From an uncultured Nitrospira sp. (GTDB lineage Bacteria > Nitrospirota > Nitrospiria > Nitrospirales > Nitrospiraceae): 64,000 nt of DNA. The DNA lies in assembly GCA_964587955.1 (NCBI GenBank), contig CAZPNQ010000003.1:41947-105946 (forward strand), written 5' to 3'. Of the stretch, positions 8,548 through 18,506 are shown piece by piece. Made by a program: the position numbers and the translations under genes. The notes beneath the pieces were generated by a model. It was not told the DNA's origin, did no database searches, and worked only from the letters and a program-made list of their open reading frames with translations. Positions within the stretch are counted from its first letter, which is position 1. Each line of letters opens with the position of its first letter.

Positions 8548-9530
8548 GTATAGATCGTACAGGAATCATACAGTGGCCGATTCTGGCATGCGTTCTGGTG
8601 GTGACGTTGGTCCAGTCGGGCTGCGAGCGGCCACCGTCTGATCGAGTCCAGGGCTACGTCGAAGGAGAGTACGTCTATATCGCATCGCCCTATGCCGGTG
8701 CGCTCGCATCTTTGCCTGTACGTCGTGGGAACCAGGTCAGTGAAGGTGATCCCCTGTTCGCGTTGGAGCAGGTCTCGGAGAAAGCCACCCGCGATGAAGC
8801 GGAGAAGAAACTCGGTCAGGCACTGGCCAACTTTGAGGATGCCAGGAAGGGAAAACGTCCTTCCGAGATCGAATCACTCAAGGCCCAGCTGAAATATGCA
8901 CAGGCCACGCTCCGTCTTTCTAGGCAAGAAGTCGGGAGACAGGAACGCCTCAAGTCTATCCCCGGTGCTGCAGTGGAAATGGAAGTGGATCGCGCTCGTG
9001 CGACGCGGGATCAGAATCAGCAACGAGTGGCGCAACTGGAAGCCGATCTGCACACGGCGCTGTTGGGGGCTCGTGTGGATCAAATCGCGGCAGCCGAAGC
9101 AGAGGTTCGCGCACAGGAAGCAGTCTTGAGCAAGGCAGAATGGGCTCTCGCCCAGAAACGACAAGCGGCGCCGAAGGCGGGGCTTGTCTTCGACACCCTG
9201 TATCGCGAAGGAGAATGGGTAGAGGCCGGACGTCCCGTGATTGTCTTGTTGCCGCCCGATCATATCAAGGTGCGCATGTTTGTTTCCGAGACAAAGGTAG
9301 GGATCATCAAACTTGGTGATGTCGTTCAGATTACGGTGGATGGTGTGCAAGGCTCGATTCAGGGGAAGGTGAGCTACATTTCGCCACGGGCAGAATATAC
9401 TCCGCCGGTCATCTACAGCCAGGAGAACCGTAAGAAACTGGTCTTTTTGGTTGAGGCCCAGTTCGATCACGATGCTGCACGCGATCTGCATCCGGGTCAG
9501 CCGGTAGATGTGCAATTCAACGATGCGTGA
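8544..9530 (+). CDS. HlyD family membrane fusion protein (YbhG-like)
   Basis: Signal/lipobox, coiled hairpin, VSYISPRAEYTPPVIYS motif, LHPGQPVDV. Confidence 0.88.
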   Translation: MSIDRTGIIQWPILACVLVVTLVQSGCERPPSDRVQGYVEGEYVYIASPYAGALASLPVRRGNQVSEGDPLFALEQVSEKATRDEAEKKLGQALANFEDARKGKRPSEIESLKAQLKYAQATLRLSRQEVGRQERLKSIPGAAVEMEVDRARATRDQNQQRVAQLEADLHTALLGARVDQIAAAEAEVRAQEAVLSKAEWALAQKRQAAPKAGLVFDTLYREGEWVEAGRPVIVLLPPDHIKVRMFVSETKVGIIKLGDVVQITVDGVQGSIQGKVSYISPRAEYTPPVIYSQENRKKLVFLVEAQFDHDAARDLHPGQPVDVQFNDA

Positions 9531-10471
9531 TGAAACAGGATGTGAACGGACAAGACTTGGCCATTGACGTGCACGGCATGACGAAACGGTTTGGGTCACG
9601 GACCGTAGTTGACAACATCGGGTTGCAGATACGTCGCGGCGAGATTTACGGTTTTCTCGGGCCGAACGGGAGCGGCAAGACCACGTTTATCCGCATGCTG
9701 TGTGGCCTTTTGCGCCCGGATGAAGGAAGCGGTACATGTCTTGGCTACGACGTTATCACCGAAAGCGAATCCATCAAAGCCGCTGTGGGCTATATGACCC
9801 AGCGCTTTAGCTTCTACGAAGACCTGAGCATCGTCGAGAATCTTGATTTCGTCGCCCGGATGTTTGAAGTCAATCGTCGCCGCGAAGCCGTCGAGCAGAG
9901 CCTCGAACGGTTGGGCCTCGCCAGTCGACGAGAACAGTTGGCCGGTCAGTTGTCGGGAGGGTGGAAGCAGCGGCTCGCCTTAGCGGCTTGTCTGATCCAT
10001 CGGCCACAGGTATTGCTCTTGGATGAGCCGACGGCCGGCGTCGATCCGAAAGCACGCAGAGAATTTTGGGAACAGATTCACGGATTGGCCGCCGAAGGGC
10101 TCACGTTCTTGATTACCACCCACTATATGGACGAAGCCGAGCGCTGCCATCGCCTTGCCTACATCGCCCATGGGAAGTTACTCACCTATGGAACTGTCGC
10201 CGACGTCATCGCCCAGGCCCACCTTACCACCTGGTCCGTGAATGGACCGGATCTCCAGCAATTCGCGGAAACCTTGCGCCGGCTACCTGGCGTGCAACAA
10301 GCCGTCGCGTTTGGCGATCGGTTACATGTGAGCGGAGACGAGCCTGTCGCACTCGAAGCAACGGTTTCCGCGTTTCATACTGCACCGTATGAATGGCAAC
10401 GTGTGCCCACGAGTCTGGAAGATGTGTTCATCCATCTCATGCATCGATCTTTGAGTGAAGTCACATCATGA
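9527..10471 (+). CDS. ABC transporter ATP-binding protein
   Basis: GPNGSGKTT, LSGGWKQR, LLLDEPT, TTHYMDEAE. Confidence 0.93.
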   Translation: MMKQDVNGQDLAIDVHGMTKRFGSRTVVDNIGLQIRRGEIYGFLGPNGSGKTTFIRMLCGLLRPDEGSGTCLGYDVITESESIKAAVGYMTQRFSFYEDLSIVENLDFVARMFEVNRRREAVEQSLERLGLASRREQLAGQLSGGWKQRLALAACLIHRPQVLLLDEPTAGVDPKARREFWEQIHGLAAEGLTFLITTHYMDEAERCHRLAYIAHGKLLTYGTVADVIAQAHLTTWSVNGPDLQQFAETLRRLPGVQQAVAFGDRLHVSGDEPVALEATVSAFHTAPYEWQRVPTSLEDVFIHLMHRSLSEVTS

Positions 10472-11610
10472 GCCTGCGCCGGATGTTTTCTCTCTCACGT
10501 TTCTGGGCCATCGTCGTCAAGGAGTTCATTCAGATGCGCCGAGACCGGGTGACGTTCGGGATGATGATCGGTATTCCGTTGATCCAACTCATCCTCTTCG
10601 GCTTTGCCATTAATGCAGACCCGAAGCACTTACCGACGGCGGTTCTTCTCGCCGATTATGGTCCTCATGGACGAACACTTCTTCAGGCGATACGGAACAG
10701 CGACTACTTCGAAGTCACTCGGCAGGTGATGAGCGAGCGAGAGGCAGACGAGGTCCTCGCTCGGGGCGACGTGCAGTTCGTGATCAACATTCCATACAAC
10801 TTTTCGCGTGACGTCGTGCGCGGTGAGAAACCTGCTATCCTTGTCGAGGCCGATGCAACGGATCCGGCGGCAACCAGCAACGCCATCGGTTCATTGCGAG
10901 TCTTGGCAGCGACGGCACTCCGGCAAGATCTGACCGGGCCTCTGGCCTTTCTCTCCCGAAGCGATGACCCCATCGATCTGCGAATTCACGCGCGATACAA
11001 TCCCGAGGCCATTACACAGTACAACATCGTGCCGGGTTTGATGGGTGTGGTGTTGACGATGACGATGGTGATGATCACAGGCTTGGCGATTACACGTGAG
11101 CGCGAACGAGGCACCATGGAAAACCTGCTCTCCATGCCGACGCGGCCGTTCGAAGTCATGATCGGCAAGGTGCTGCCCTATATTCTTGTGGGCTATGTCC
11201 AAGTGATGCTCATTCTCCTGGCGGCCCATCTGCTTTTCAAGGTGCCGGTGTATGGCAACATTCCGATGCTATTTCTAGCCGCGCTCGTCTTTATTACAGC
11301 CAACCTGGCGATGGGAATTACTTTTTCTACTATGGCTCAGAACCAGTTGCAGGCCGTGCAGCTCTCATTCTTTTTCTTTTTGCCGTCGCTCCTGCTTTCG
11401 GGGTTCATGTTTCCGTTCCGCGGTATGCCTCAGTGGGCACAAACGATCGGTGAGGTGCTGCCGCTTACCCACTTTCTTAGGATCGTACGGGGCATCATGC
11501 TCAAAGGAAATGGGGTGGAGGAAATCGTGCTTCAGTTATGGCAGATCGCTCTCTTTGCTATCGTCGCATTGGCAATCGGCGTGAAACGGTACCGTCAGAC
11601 TTTGGATTAA
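10468..11610 (+). CDS. ABC-2 type exporter permease (YbhR/S-like)
   Basis: KEFIQMRRDR, TRERERGTMENLL, LLSGFMFP, multiple TM segments. Confidence 0.9.
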   Translation: MSLRRMFSLSRFWAIVVKEFIQMRRDRVTFGMMIGIPLIQLILFGFAINADPKHLPTAVLLADYGPHGRTLLQAIRNSDYFEVTRQVMSEREADEVLARGDVQFVINIPYNFSRDVVRGEKPAILVEADATDPAATSNAIGSLRVLAATALRQDLTGPLAFLSRSDDPIDLRIHARYNPEAITQYNIVPGLMGVVLTMTMVMITGLAITRERERGTMENLLSMPTRPFEVMIGKVLPYILVGYVQVMLILLAAHLLFKVPVYGNIPMLFLAALVFITANLAMGITFSTMAQNQLQAVQLSFFFFLPSLLLSGFMFPFRGMPQWAQTIGEVLPLTHFLRIVRGIMLKGNGVEEIVLQLWQIALFAIVALAIGVKRYRQTLD

Positions 11611-11723
11611 AGAGTCATAGACTGGGCCGTCTTGTGCCGAGGCGACGGCGAAGTGTCTGAAAACGACGAGGGTTAACGGCTGGGCATAGAGGCGAAGATT
11701 GGTTGTGGCGAAAATTGATCCGG

Positions 11724-12212
11724 TCAGTGTCGAATGAAATCGAGGAAACGAATTGTAGCTTCCAATGACGCCTTTGAGCGGTCGGCATATTTCGCGAACA
11801 TGATAAGGACCAACAGATCGATCTGTTGACCTACTTTCAACGTAGCCGCTTTCAATGAACTGACATTTCTGCCGCATGCTCCTTGATCGATTACCTCGAT
11901 CTGTCCGCTGTCATCTTCAATCATAAGCGTCGTCCGTTCGTGGACTAGCCCGCAGATCAGTCTATTGGTGACCGTCTCTGTCTGAATGGCCGTGACGGTT
12001 CCGGACAGCCTGATTTCTTTCATCTGATAACGATCCGGATGCGCTAAGACGGTGGCGATCGCAATTCGTTCGTAAGAGACGAGTGGAAGTCTGAGCGGGC
12101 CTACTCGAGAGGATCGGGGGAGGTCATCCGAGGCCGCTGATTGTGGGAAGAACGGCCATGCGGTGATTGCAATGAAGAGCACCAGATAAGCTCGCAGGTC
12201 AAAAGCCATCAT
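11724..12212 (-). CDS. Hypothetical exported protein, OB-fold-like
   Basis: Signal peptide from ATG 12212/12209. The I.TVLAHPDRY..KEIRLSGTV...IEDDSGQIEV pattern is reminiscent of periplasmic OB folds. Confidence 0.6.
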   Translation of the reverse strand: MMAFDLRAYLVLFIAITAWPFFPQSAASDDLPRSSRVGPLRLPLVSYERIAIATVLAHPDRYQMKEIRLSGTVTAIQTETVTNRLICGLVHERTTLMIEDDSGQIEVIDQGACGRNVSSLKAATLKVGQQIDLLVLIMFAKYADRSKASLEATIRFLDFIRH

Positions 12213-12253
12213 ACTGGGTTCTTCACCAAAGGTACCATAGATGCTCAACAGGA

Positions 12254-12400
12254 GCCGACCATTCGGCACTGTGACGCTACTTCGACACTGATTTGATTCC
12301 TCCCTTTTACTCTGGTCTAGTGTTCAAGCCGCGAATATTTACTAGTTACAACCGGATCGGCGATTCCATACGCTAATGGTTCTCCTGGAATGTAAGTTGC
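12254..12400 (+). promoter_or_regulatory. sigma54 (-24/-12) promoter with upstream enhancer-like inverted repeats
   Basis: TGGAATGTAAGTTGC at 12386-12400 (GG-N10-GC). GCCGA-N4-TCGGC at 12254-12267 and TGACGC-N4-TCGACA at 12272-12287. Confidence 0.6.
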
Positions 12401-12515
12401 CAGGACTAGATTCAGATTGACGTTCAGACTGTGTGCTGTCGACGCTCGTCACATTCAAGAATGGTGATGCGTCAACGTTTGATCGGGAATTCAACCAGGA
12501 GAAGGAGGACCTATC

Positions 12516-13373
12516 ATGTATGTTGTTGTAGGGGCGACAGGTAATACCGGAGCTGCGGTCGTAGAGACCTTGCTTGGCAAAAAACAGGCGGTGAGAATCA
12601 TCGTCCGTTCGCCAGAGAAGGGCGACAGGTGGAAAACCAAAGGGGCGGAGATTGCCGTTGCGTCTCTCGATGATGTGCCGGCATTGACCAAGGCATTTGA
12701 AGGAGCAAAAGGCGTGTATCTGATGGTGCCGCCGAATTATGGCGCTGTGGCATGGTTGACGGAGCGGCGAATGAGGGTGGATCGTGCTGCAGAAGCCGTT
12801 AAGAAAAGCGGCGTTCAACATGCGGTGTTTCTATCGTCGGTCGGTGGACACCTCACAGGAGCGACGGGCCCGATTCGAACCGCCAGTTATGGCGAGCATG
12901 CGCTTGGCGATAGCGCCAAGGCGCTGACCATCCTCCGACCGTGCTATTTCATGGAAAACTGGGCATCGGTAATCGGGGCGGCGAAGGCGGAAGGAGTTCT
13001 TCCGACATTCCTTGCGCCTCACGTCAAAATTCCCATGATTTCGACCAAGGATATCGGAAGGATCGGAGCGGAACATCTGGTTGCCGGTGGACTAGGCAAG
13101 CAGATCGTGGAAATGGCAGGTCCGGCAGAGTACAGCCCCGATGAAGTCGCGTCAGCGCTTGGTCAGATTTTAGGGAAGACGGTAACGGCGCAACCTGCGC
13201 CCCTGAGTGCCGTTGTTCCGGCATTCACATCATTCGGGTTTTCAGATGAAGCCGCGAAGCTATTCGAAGAAATGTACACCGCTTTCTCAAAAGGCGCGAT
13301 CGAGTACGAGCATCCGGCCAAGCTGGTTCGGGGTACGGTCACGCTGCATCAGGCATTACAGAGCATGCTGTGA
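12516..13373 (+). CDS. NmrA family NAD(P)-binding oxidoreductase
   Basis: VVGATGNTG Rossmann motif, LRPCYFMEN. RBS AAGGAGG. Confidence 0.88.
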   Translation: MYVVVGATGNTGAAVVETLLGKKQAVRIIVRSPEKGDRWKTKGAEIAVASLDDVPALTKAFEGAKGVYLMVPPNYGAVAWLTERRMRVDRAAEAVKKSGVQHAVFLSSVGGHLTGATGPIRTASYGEHALGDSAKALTILRPCYFMENWASVIGAAKAEGVLPTFLAPHVKIPMISTKDIGRIGAEHLVAGGLGKQIVEMAGPAEYSPDEVASALGQILGKTVTAQPAPLSAVVPAFTSFGFSDEAAKLFEEMYTAFSKGAIEYEHPAKLVRGTVTLHQALQSML

Positions 13374-13410
13374 GAAGGGCGTCGTTCGTGGAGCGTGAAG
13401 GGCGAAGCGT

Positions 13411-14073
13411 ATGAATAATCAGGATGCAGTATTGCACATCGACGTTTACTCGGATGTGATTTGTCCCTGGTGCTATGTCGGCAAGCGGAGGCTTGAACGG
13501 GCATTGCAGCTGGTACACAACACGATGAAGATCCATGTGGCATGGAGGCCGTTTCAGTTGAATCCAACGATGCCAAAGGATGGGATGAACAGAACAGCCT
13601 ATCTCGAGGATAAGTTCGGCAGCTTGGCTAGATTCAAAGAGATGGAGCAACGATTGCTGGAGATCGGGGGTATCGAAAAGATCCCATTCGCTTTCGAGAA
13701 GATCGCCAGAACTCCGAACACCTTCCTTGCCCATCGGCTGATTTGGCATGCCGGTCTTCAAGGCCGACAGGATGCGGTGGTGAATCAATTGTTTAAAGGC
13801 TATTTCGAAGAAGGCCTCGACATCGGTTCTGTATCGGTGCTTGCAGAGTTGGCTGATCGTGCGGGACTGAAGACGGCCGCATTTCTTGAAAGCGATGAAG
13901 GGGTCGCGGAAATCAAAGCTGAAGAATCAGTCGGTCACCGATTAGGCATTCGAGGAGTGCCGTATTTCGTTTTCGAAAACAGCTATGGAATCTCAGGAGC
14001 GCAACCAGTCGATGTACTCGTCTCCGCGATCAAAAAAGGTCGTCCGAGCATGCCCAGCATCGTCCAATCTTAA
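13411..14073 (+). CDS. DsbA family oxidoreductase (FrnE-like)
   Basis: SDVICPWCYVGKRRL, PFQLNP, GVPYF, SGAQP. Confidence 0.92.
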   Translation: MNNQDAVLHIDVYSDVICPWCYVGKRRLERALQLVHNTMKIHVAWRPFQLNPTMPKDGMNRTAYLEDKFGSLARFKEMEQRLLEIGGIEKIPFAFEKIARTPNTFLAHRLIWHAGLQGRQDAVVNQLFKGYFEEGLDIGSVSVLAELADRAGLKTAAFLESDEGVAEIKAEESVGHRLGIRGVPYFVFENSYGISGAQPVDVLVSAIKKGRPSMPSIVQS

Positions 14074-14090
14074 CGGGTACGAGGTCAACC

Positions 14091-14528
14091 ATGTCAGTTC
14101 AAGTCTACGGCTGCAATCACGTCGTGATCGAAGTCACCGACGCGAAGAAAGCGGTGAAATTCTACTCGGACGTCTTTGGCCTCAAGATGTTACGTGGTGG
14201 GGAGGGAGCGGCCTGGTGCAAGCTCGGCGAGCATCAGTTCATGGCGATTTTCGAAGTCGACAAGTTGCAACCGGATAGGGTGAAACATTTCGGACTCATG
14301 GTTCGCGACGCCAAGCAAATCCAGGACGTTCGCAACAAACTGACGAAGAAGTATAAGCTGAAACTCCACCCTGATTTTCGCTGCGACTTTCGAGATCCCT
14401 GGGGCAATCGGATTCAGGTCGGCGACCTCAGCGATGAATCATTGGTCTGGCTGCTGCCGTACCATGAGGTGCAGAAAGCGGGAATCGTATTGGCCTCCAA
14501 ACAAAACAAGAAAGGAGTTCGACGATGA
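14091..14528 (+). CDS. VOC/glyoxalase family protein
   Basis: NHVVIEV.D...AVKFYSDVFGL, HFGL, FRDPWGNRIQ. Confidence 0.85.
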   Translation: MSVQVYGCNHVVIEVTDAKKAVKFYSDVFGLKMLRGGEGAAWCKLGEHQFMAIFEVDKLQPDRVKHFGLMVRDAKQIQDVRNKLTKKYKLKLHPDFRCDFRDPWGNRIQVGDLSDESLVWLLPYHEVQKAGIVLASKQNKKGVRR

Positions 14529-14896
14529 GCGATCAAAATTTGCAACAACGACTGAACGACCTATTCGGCTACGTCCGTCAGGGCAAGATCATCGACGCCA
14601 TGAACGAGTTTTATGACAAGGACACGGTGATGCAAGACAATGCAAACCCGCCGACAAAAAGCTTGGCAGCCAACATCGAACGCGAAAAGCAATTCCTGAG
14701 CGGCGTGAAAGAGTGGAAAGGGTTCAACGTCACGGCAACAGGTGTTGGCGACAACGTGACGTTTTATGAATGTACGATGGATTTCATCGCGACGAACGGG
14801 CAGCCGGTTCATATGGAACAGGTGTCCGTTGCAAAATGGAAGAACGGCAAGATCGTCCACGAGAGGTTTTATTATGACACCGGTGCGAAAAAGTAA
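14525..14896 (+). CDS. SnoaL-like / NTF2 family protein
   Basis: AMNEFYDKD..MQD, C-terminal WKNGKIVHERFYY. Confidence 0.82.
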   Translation: MSDQNLQQRLNDLFGYVRQGKIIDAMNEFYDKDTVMQDNANPPTKSLAANIEREKQFLSGVKEWKGFNVTATGVGDNVTFYECTMDFIATNGQPVHMEQVSVAKWKNGKIVHERFYYDTGAKK

Positions 14897-15006
14897 TGTA
14901 ACGAATTGAAAGATCGCGATCGGGGTTTAGATTATGAACCTCGTGCGTTATCTGGTTTCTCGCGATAAGCCTGAAGCTGGTCCGACTCGCTTTAGTTCTA
15001 GAAAGG

Positions 15007-15405
15007 ATGAGAATGATGAGGAAGATCCTTTTCTCGATCAGCCTTTGGTTTTTTATGTGTATGCCGCTGCTTGCTCAGCAAACGAAGGTTGCACCCCTCA
15101 CATCAAAAGATCTTTCAGGCATGCCAGGTAAGGAAGCCGTGATGATTACGGTCGATTATCCTCCTGGAGCCAGTGACCAAGCCCACCGCCATAATGCGCA
15201 TGTCTTTGTGTACGTGCTAGAAGGTTCCATCATCATGCAGCTGGAAGGTCATCAACCGATCACGTTGACGGCGGGCCAGACCTTCTACGAAGGTCCGAAC
15301 GATGTGCATGTGGGGGGACGGAACGCGAGCGATACAAAGCCCGCGAAGTTTTTGGTCTTCTTTCTTAAGCAGAAAGGTGCTCCCATATTGGTGCCAGAGA
15401 AATAA
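15007..15405 (+). CDS. Exported cupin domain protein
   Basis: Signal peptide, HRHNAHVFVYVLEG, FYEGPNDVH. Confidence 0.85.
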   Translation: MRMMRKILFSISLWFFMCMPLLAQQTKVAPLTSKDLSGMPGKEAVMITVDYPPGASDQAHRHNAHVFVYVLEGSIIMQLEGHQPITLTAGQTFYEGPNDVHVGGRNASDTKPAKFLVFFLKQKGAPILVPEK

Positions 15406-15481
15406 CGGTAAGCGACGGTTCCCTTTCTCTTACTGACGGAACCGGATGGAAGACCGCTTTTTTATTCAGTTTTGTCCCGAG

Positions 15482-17092
15482 ATGGAAAGCCTGCACCAAC
15501 TCGAAATCATTATATTGCTGCTTGCGATCGTGCTGGCTCTCACGACCGTTGCGCGCAAGATCTTGATTCCCTATCCCATTCTACTGGTCGTGGGAGGGCT
15601 TCTCCTGGCCATGGTGCCGGGATTGCCCGCTGTTACCCTGAATCCCGATCTGGTCTTTTTGGTCTTTTTGCCTCCGATCTTATGGGCGGCGGCCTATTTC
15701 ACCTCGTGGCGTGATTTCCGCCAGAACCTCCGCCCCATCTCGCTCCTGGCCGTGGGGCTTGTGCTGGTTACCACAGCGGCCGTCGCGATCGTCGCGCATG
15801 CCGTGTTGGGATTCGGCTGGGCGGAAGCCGTTGCCCTCGGTGCTATCGTTTCTCCTCCGGACGCCGTATCGGCCACGGCCATCGGCAAACGGCTCAACAT
15901 GCCGCGCCGGATCGTGACGATCCTCGAAGGCGAAAGTCTCATCAATGACGCAACGGCATTGGTCCTCTATCGGGCCGCCGTGGCAGCAGTCGTCAGCGGG
16001 GGTTTTGTACTAAGCGAGGCGCTGTTCCAATTCGTGTATGCGGCGGTGGCCGGCGTCGCCGTGGGAATTCTGGTCGGGTGGGTGACGCGATGGGCACTCC
16101 ATGCCATTGGGGACAGCTTTACTGAGATCGCAGCGACGTTATTGGCTCCTTACGTGGCTTGGGTGATCGGGGAATCAATTCATGCCTCCGCTGTCTTATC
16201 CTGCGTTGCCGGAGGTATCTACCTAAGACAACACTTCAGCAAAGTGGTTGCGCCGATCACCAGGCTTCAGGGACGTGCCGTATGGGATTTGGTCGTATTC
16301 GTGCTGAACGGTGTGATTTTCATCCTGATCGGTTTGCAGTTGGACACGCTCATGGAAGCCGTTCCGTCGGATCGGTTGTTGCCCATCGCGATCGGCGGGA
16401 TACTCATTAGCGTGGCGGCCATTATCGTTCGATTGGGATGGGTACCCTTGATCGCAACGATCCCCCGCTATCTGAGTCCAACGCTCCGTGCCCGAGACCC
16501 GATGCCGCCGTGGCCGCATATTTTTTTGGTGGCTTGGACGGGTATGCGGGGGATCGTGACGTTGGCCGCCGCAATGGCCTTGCCCGTTGCAACCAGCACC
16601 GGCGCACCATTTCCTTTCCGGTCGGAAATCATCTTGCTCAGCTTTATGGTGATTCTTGCCACGCTGGTCGCCCAAGGGTTGACGTTGGCTCCTCTGATAC
16701 GGACGCTTGGAGTAACGGGCGGGTCTGAGGGAGAGGAAGAAGAAATGCACGCGCGGAAGCAGGCGGCCGGCGCGGCATTGTCACGTCTGAACGAATTGAC
16801 TAACGAGGATTGGCCGAAACCGATTCATGTCGAACAGTTGGAATTGCATTATGGTCAACGTCTACGGCGGTTTTCGCCGGGTGCTGAGATCGATCCTGAC
16901 TGCAAGAAAGAGACGAGTGAGGCCTTCCTTCGACTCAGGGAAGAAACCTTGGCAGCCGAGCGTTCCGCGTTGATCCGGCTCCGGGATGAAGGCACGATCA
17001 GTGACGAGGCGCTGCATCGCTTGGAACAGGAAGTGGATGTCGAGGCATTGCGGCATGGAATCGGCGAACGACGCATGCATCATACTCAGTGA
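15482..17092 (+). CDS. Na+/H+ antiporter (CPA1, YjcE/NhaP-like)
   Basis: FLPPIL, SPPDAV, LEGESLINDA, GMRGIVTLAAA. Confidence 0.9.
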   Translation: MESLHQLEIIILLLAIVLALTTVARKILIPYPILLVVGGLLLAMVPGLPAVTLNPDLVFLVFLPPILWAAAYFTSWRDFRQNLRPISLLAVGLVLVTTAAVAIVAHAVLGFGWAEAVALGAIVSPPDAVSATAIGKRLNMPRRIVTILEGESLINDATALVLYRAAVAAVVSGGFVLSEALFQFVYAAVAGVAVGILVGWVTRWALHAIGDSFTEIAATLLAPYVAWVIGESIHASAVLSCVAGGIYLRQHFSKVVAPITRLQGRAVWDLVVFVLNGVIFILIGLQLDTLMEAVPSDRLLPIAIGGILISVAAIIVRLGWVPLIATIPRYLSPTLRARDPMPPWPHIFLVAWTGMRGIVTLAAAMALPVATSTGAPFPFRSEIILLSFMVILATLVAQGLTLAPLIRTLGVTGGSEGEEEEMHARKQAAGAALSRLNELTNEDWPKPIHVEQLELHYGQRLRRFSPGAEIDPDCKKETSEAFLRLREETLAAERSALIRLRDEGTISDEALHRLEQEVDVEALRHGIGERRMHHTQ

Positions 17093-17245
17093 CCCTCGAC
17101 GATGTGAACTAAACCATCGGACACTAATTTCGTAAACCCACCATTCTTCCATAATCTAGATTACGCCAGGGGTAGATGAAGTTAAGATTGTGGACGCGAA
17201 GTCTTTACATCTTTCCTGTGTGAGGCAAATGTTGGCCCTAAAATA

Positions 17246-17274
17246 TTGACCCTAATAGAATGTTCGTGTACCAT
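17246..17274 (+). promoter_or_regulatory. sigma70-like promoter of the ACAD-kinase pair
   Basis: TTGACC-N17-TACCAT about 50 bp upstream of ATG 17325. Confidence 0.5.
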
Positions 17275-17324
17275 ACAACCTCACTGCCTCTTCAAGCCCT
17301 AACCTTCACAGTGAGGAAACCACC

Positions 17325-18485
17325 ATGCCGTCACACGAGTTCGATCGGGTCATCGATCTCGTCAGTAAAATTACCCGCGACGTGACTGCGCCTGATGCTT
17401 CCATGGTCGATCGAGAGGGACGTTGGCCTGAACAGAGCATCCGTGCATTGCAAAAAGCGGGACTGGGCGGCCTCGTCGTCCCCAAGGCGAATGGCGGCCT
17501 CGGGTTCGGCTTGCTGGCCCTTGCGCAGGTGTGCGAAATCATCGGGAAACAATGTGCCTCCACGGCGCTGTGTTTCGGCATGCACTGCGTCGGTACGGCC
17601 GTCATCGCGGCGAAGGCTACACCTTTCCAGCAACAGCAGTTCCTCACACCCATCGTCCGAGGCGAGCATCTCACCACACTGGCCCTTAGCGAACCGGGCA
17701 CCGGATCGCATTTCTACCTGCCGCAGACTAAGTTCTTTGAGACGTCATCGGCGCAGTTTCAGATCACCGGCACCAAAACGTTCGTCACCAATGGAGACCG
17801 TGCAGACTCCTACGTGATCTCCGTGATGGCAACCGACTTGGCATCACCCGGAGAATTTTCCTGTCTGGTTGTGCCTGGAAAGGCGAGCGGGTTGATCTGG
17901 AGCGAGCCATGGGCGGGAATCGGCATGCGAGGGAATGCCTCGCGCACTGTCGAGCTGCGCGGAACAACGGTGCAACGGGAGTGTCTGCTGGGAGAAGTCG
18001 GAGACCAACTCTGGTACGTCTTCGAGGTGGTCACCCCGTATTTTCTGATGGCCATGGCCGGCACCTATCTGGGGCTTGCTACTGCCGCGCTGGATCAGGC
18101 ACGCGGCCATCTGGCTGCCCGCCAATACGCGCACAATGCGTCGACGCTTGGACAGCAGCCGGTTCTGCAGCATCGCCTGGGCAGCTTGTGGGCCGAAGTC
18201 GAACGGACCAGACGGCTGATCTATCATGCGGCGGCCGAAGGAGATCAAGGAGGGCCTGAAGCCCTGCTGTCCCTCATGTCCGCCAAGGCGGAGGTGGCGG
18301 ACTGCGTGGTTCACGTGACCAACGAAGTCATGACATTGATGGGCGGCATCGGCTATCGAGAAAACTCCCTGCTGGAACGGTATCTGCGCGACGCGCGCGC
18401 GGCGCACGTGATGGCGCCGACCACGGAACTCTTGCGTATCTGGACCGGGCGCGCCCTGCTCGGCCAACCACTGTTGGGCGATTAA
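17325..18485 (+). CDS. Acyl-CoA dehydrogenase family flavoprotein (non-canonical active site)
   Basis: LALSEPGTGS, ITGTKTFVTNG, GMRGN, GGIGY...LERYLRDARA. The usual IYEGT catalytic motif reads VMAPT. Confidence 0.88.
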   Translation: MPSHEFDRVIDLVSKITRDVTAPDASMVDREGRWPEQSIRALQKAGLGGLVVPKANGGLGFGLLALAQVCEIIGKQCASTALCFGMHCVGTAVIAAKATPFQQQQFLTPIVRGEHLTTLALSEPGTGSHFYLPQTKFFETSSAQFQITGTKTFVTNGDRADSYVISVMATDLASPGEFSCLVVPGKASGLIWSEPWAGIGMRGNASRTVELRGTTVQRECLLGEVGDQLWYVFEVVTPYFLMAMAGTYLGLATAALDQARGHLAARQYAHNASTLGQQPVLQHRLGSLWAEVERTRRLIYHAAAEGDQGGPEALLSLMSAKAEVADCVVHVTNEVMTLMGGIGYRENSLLERYLRDARAAHVMAPTTELLRIWTGRALLGQPLLGD

Positions 18486-18506
18486 CCTGTATGGGAGCTA
18501 TCCTGT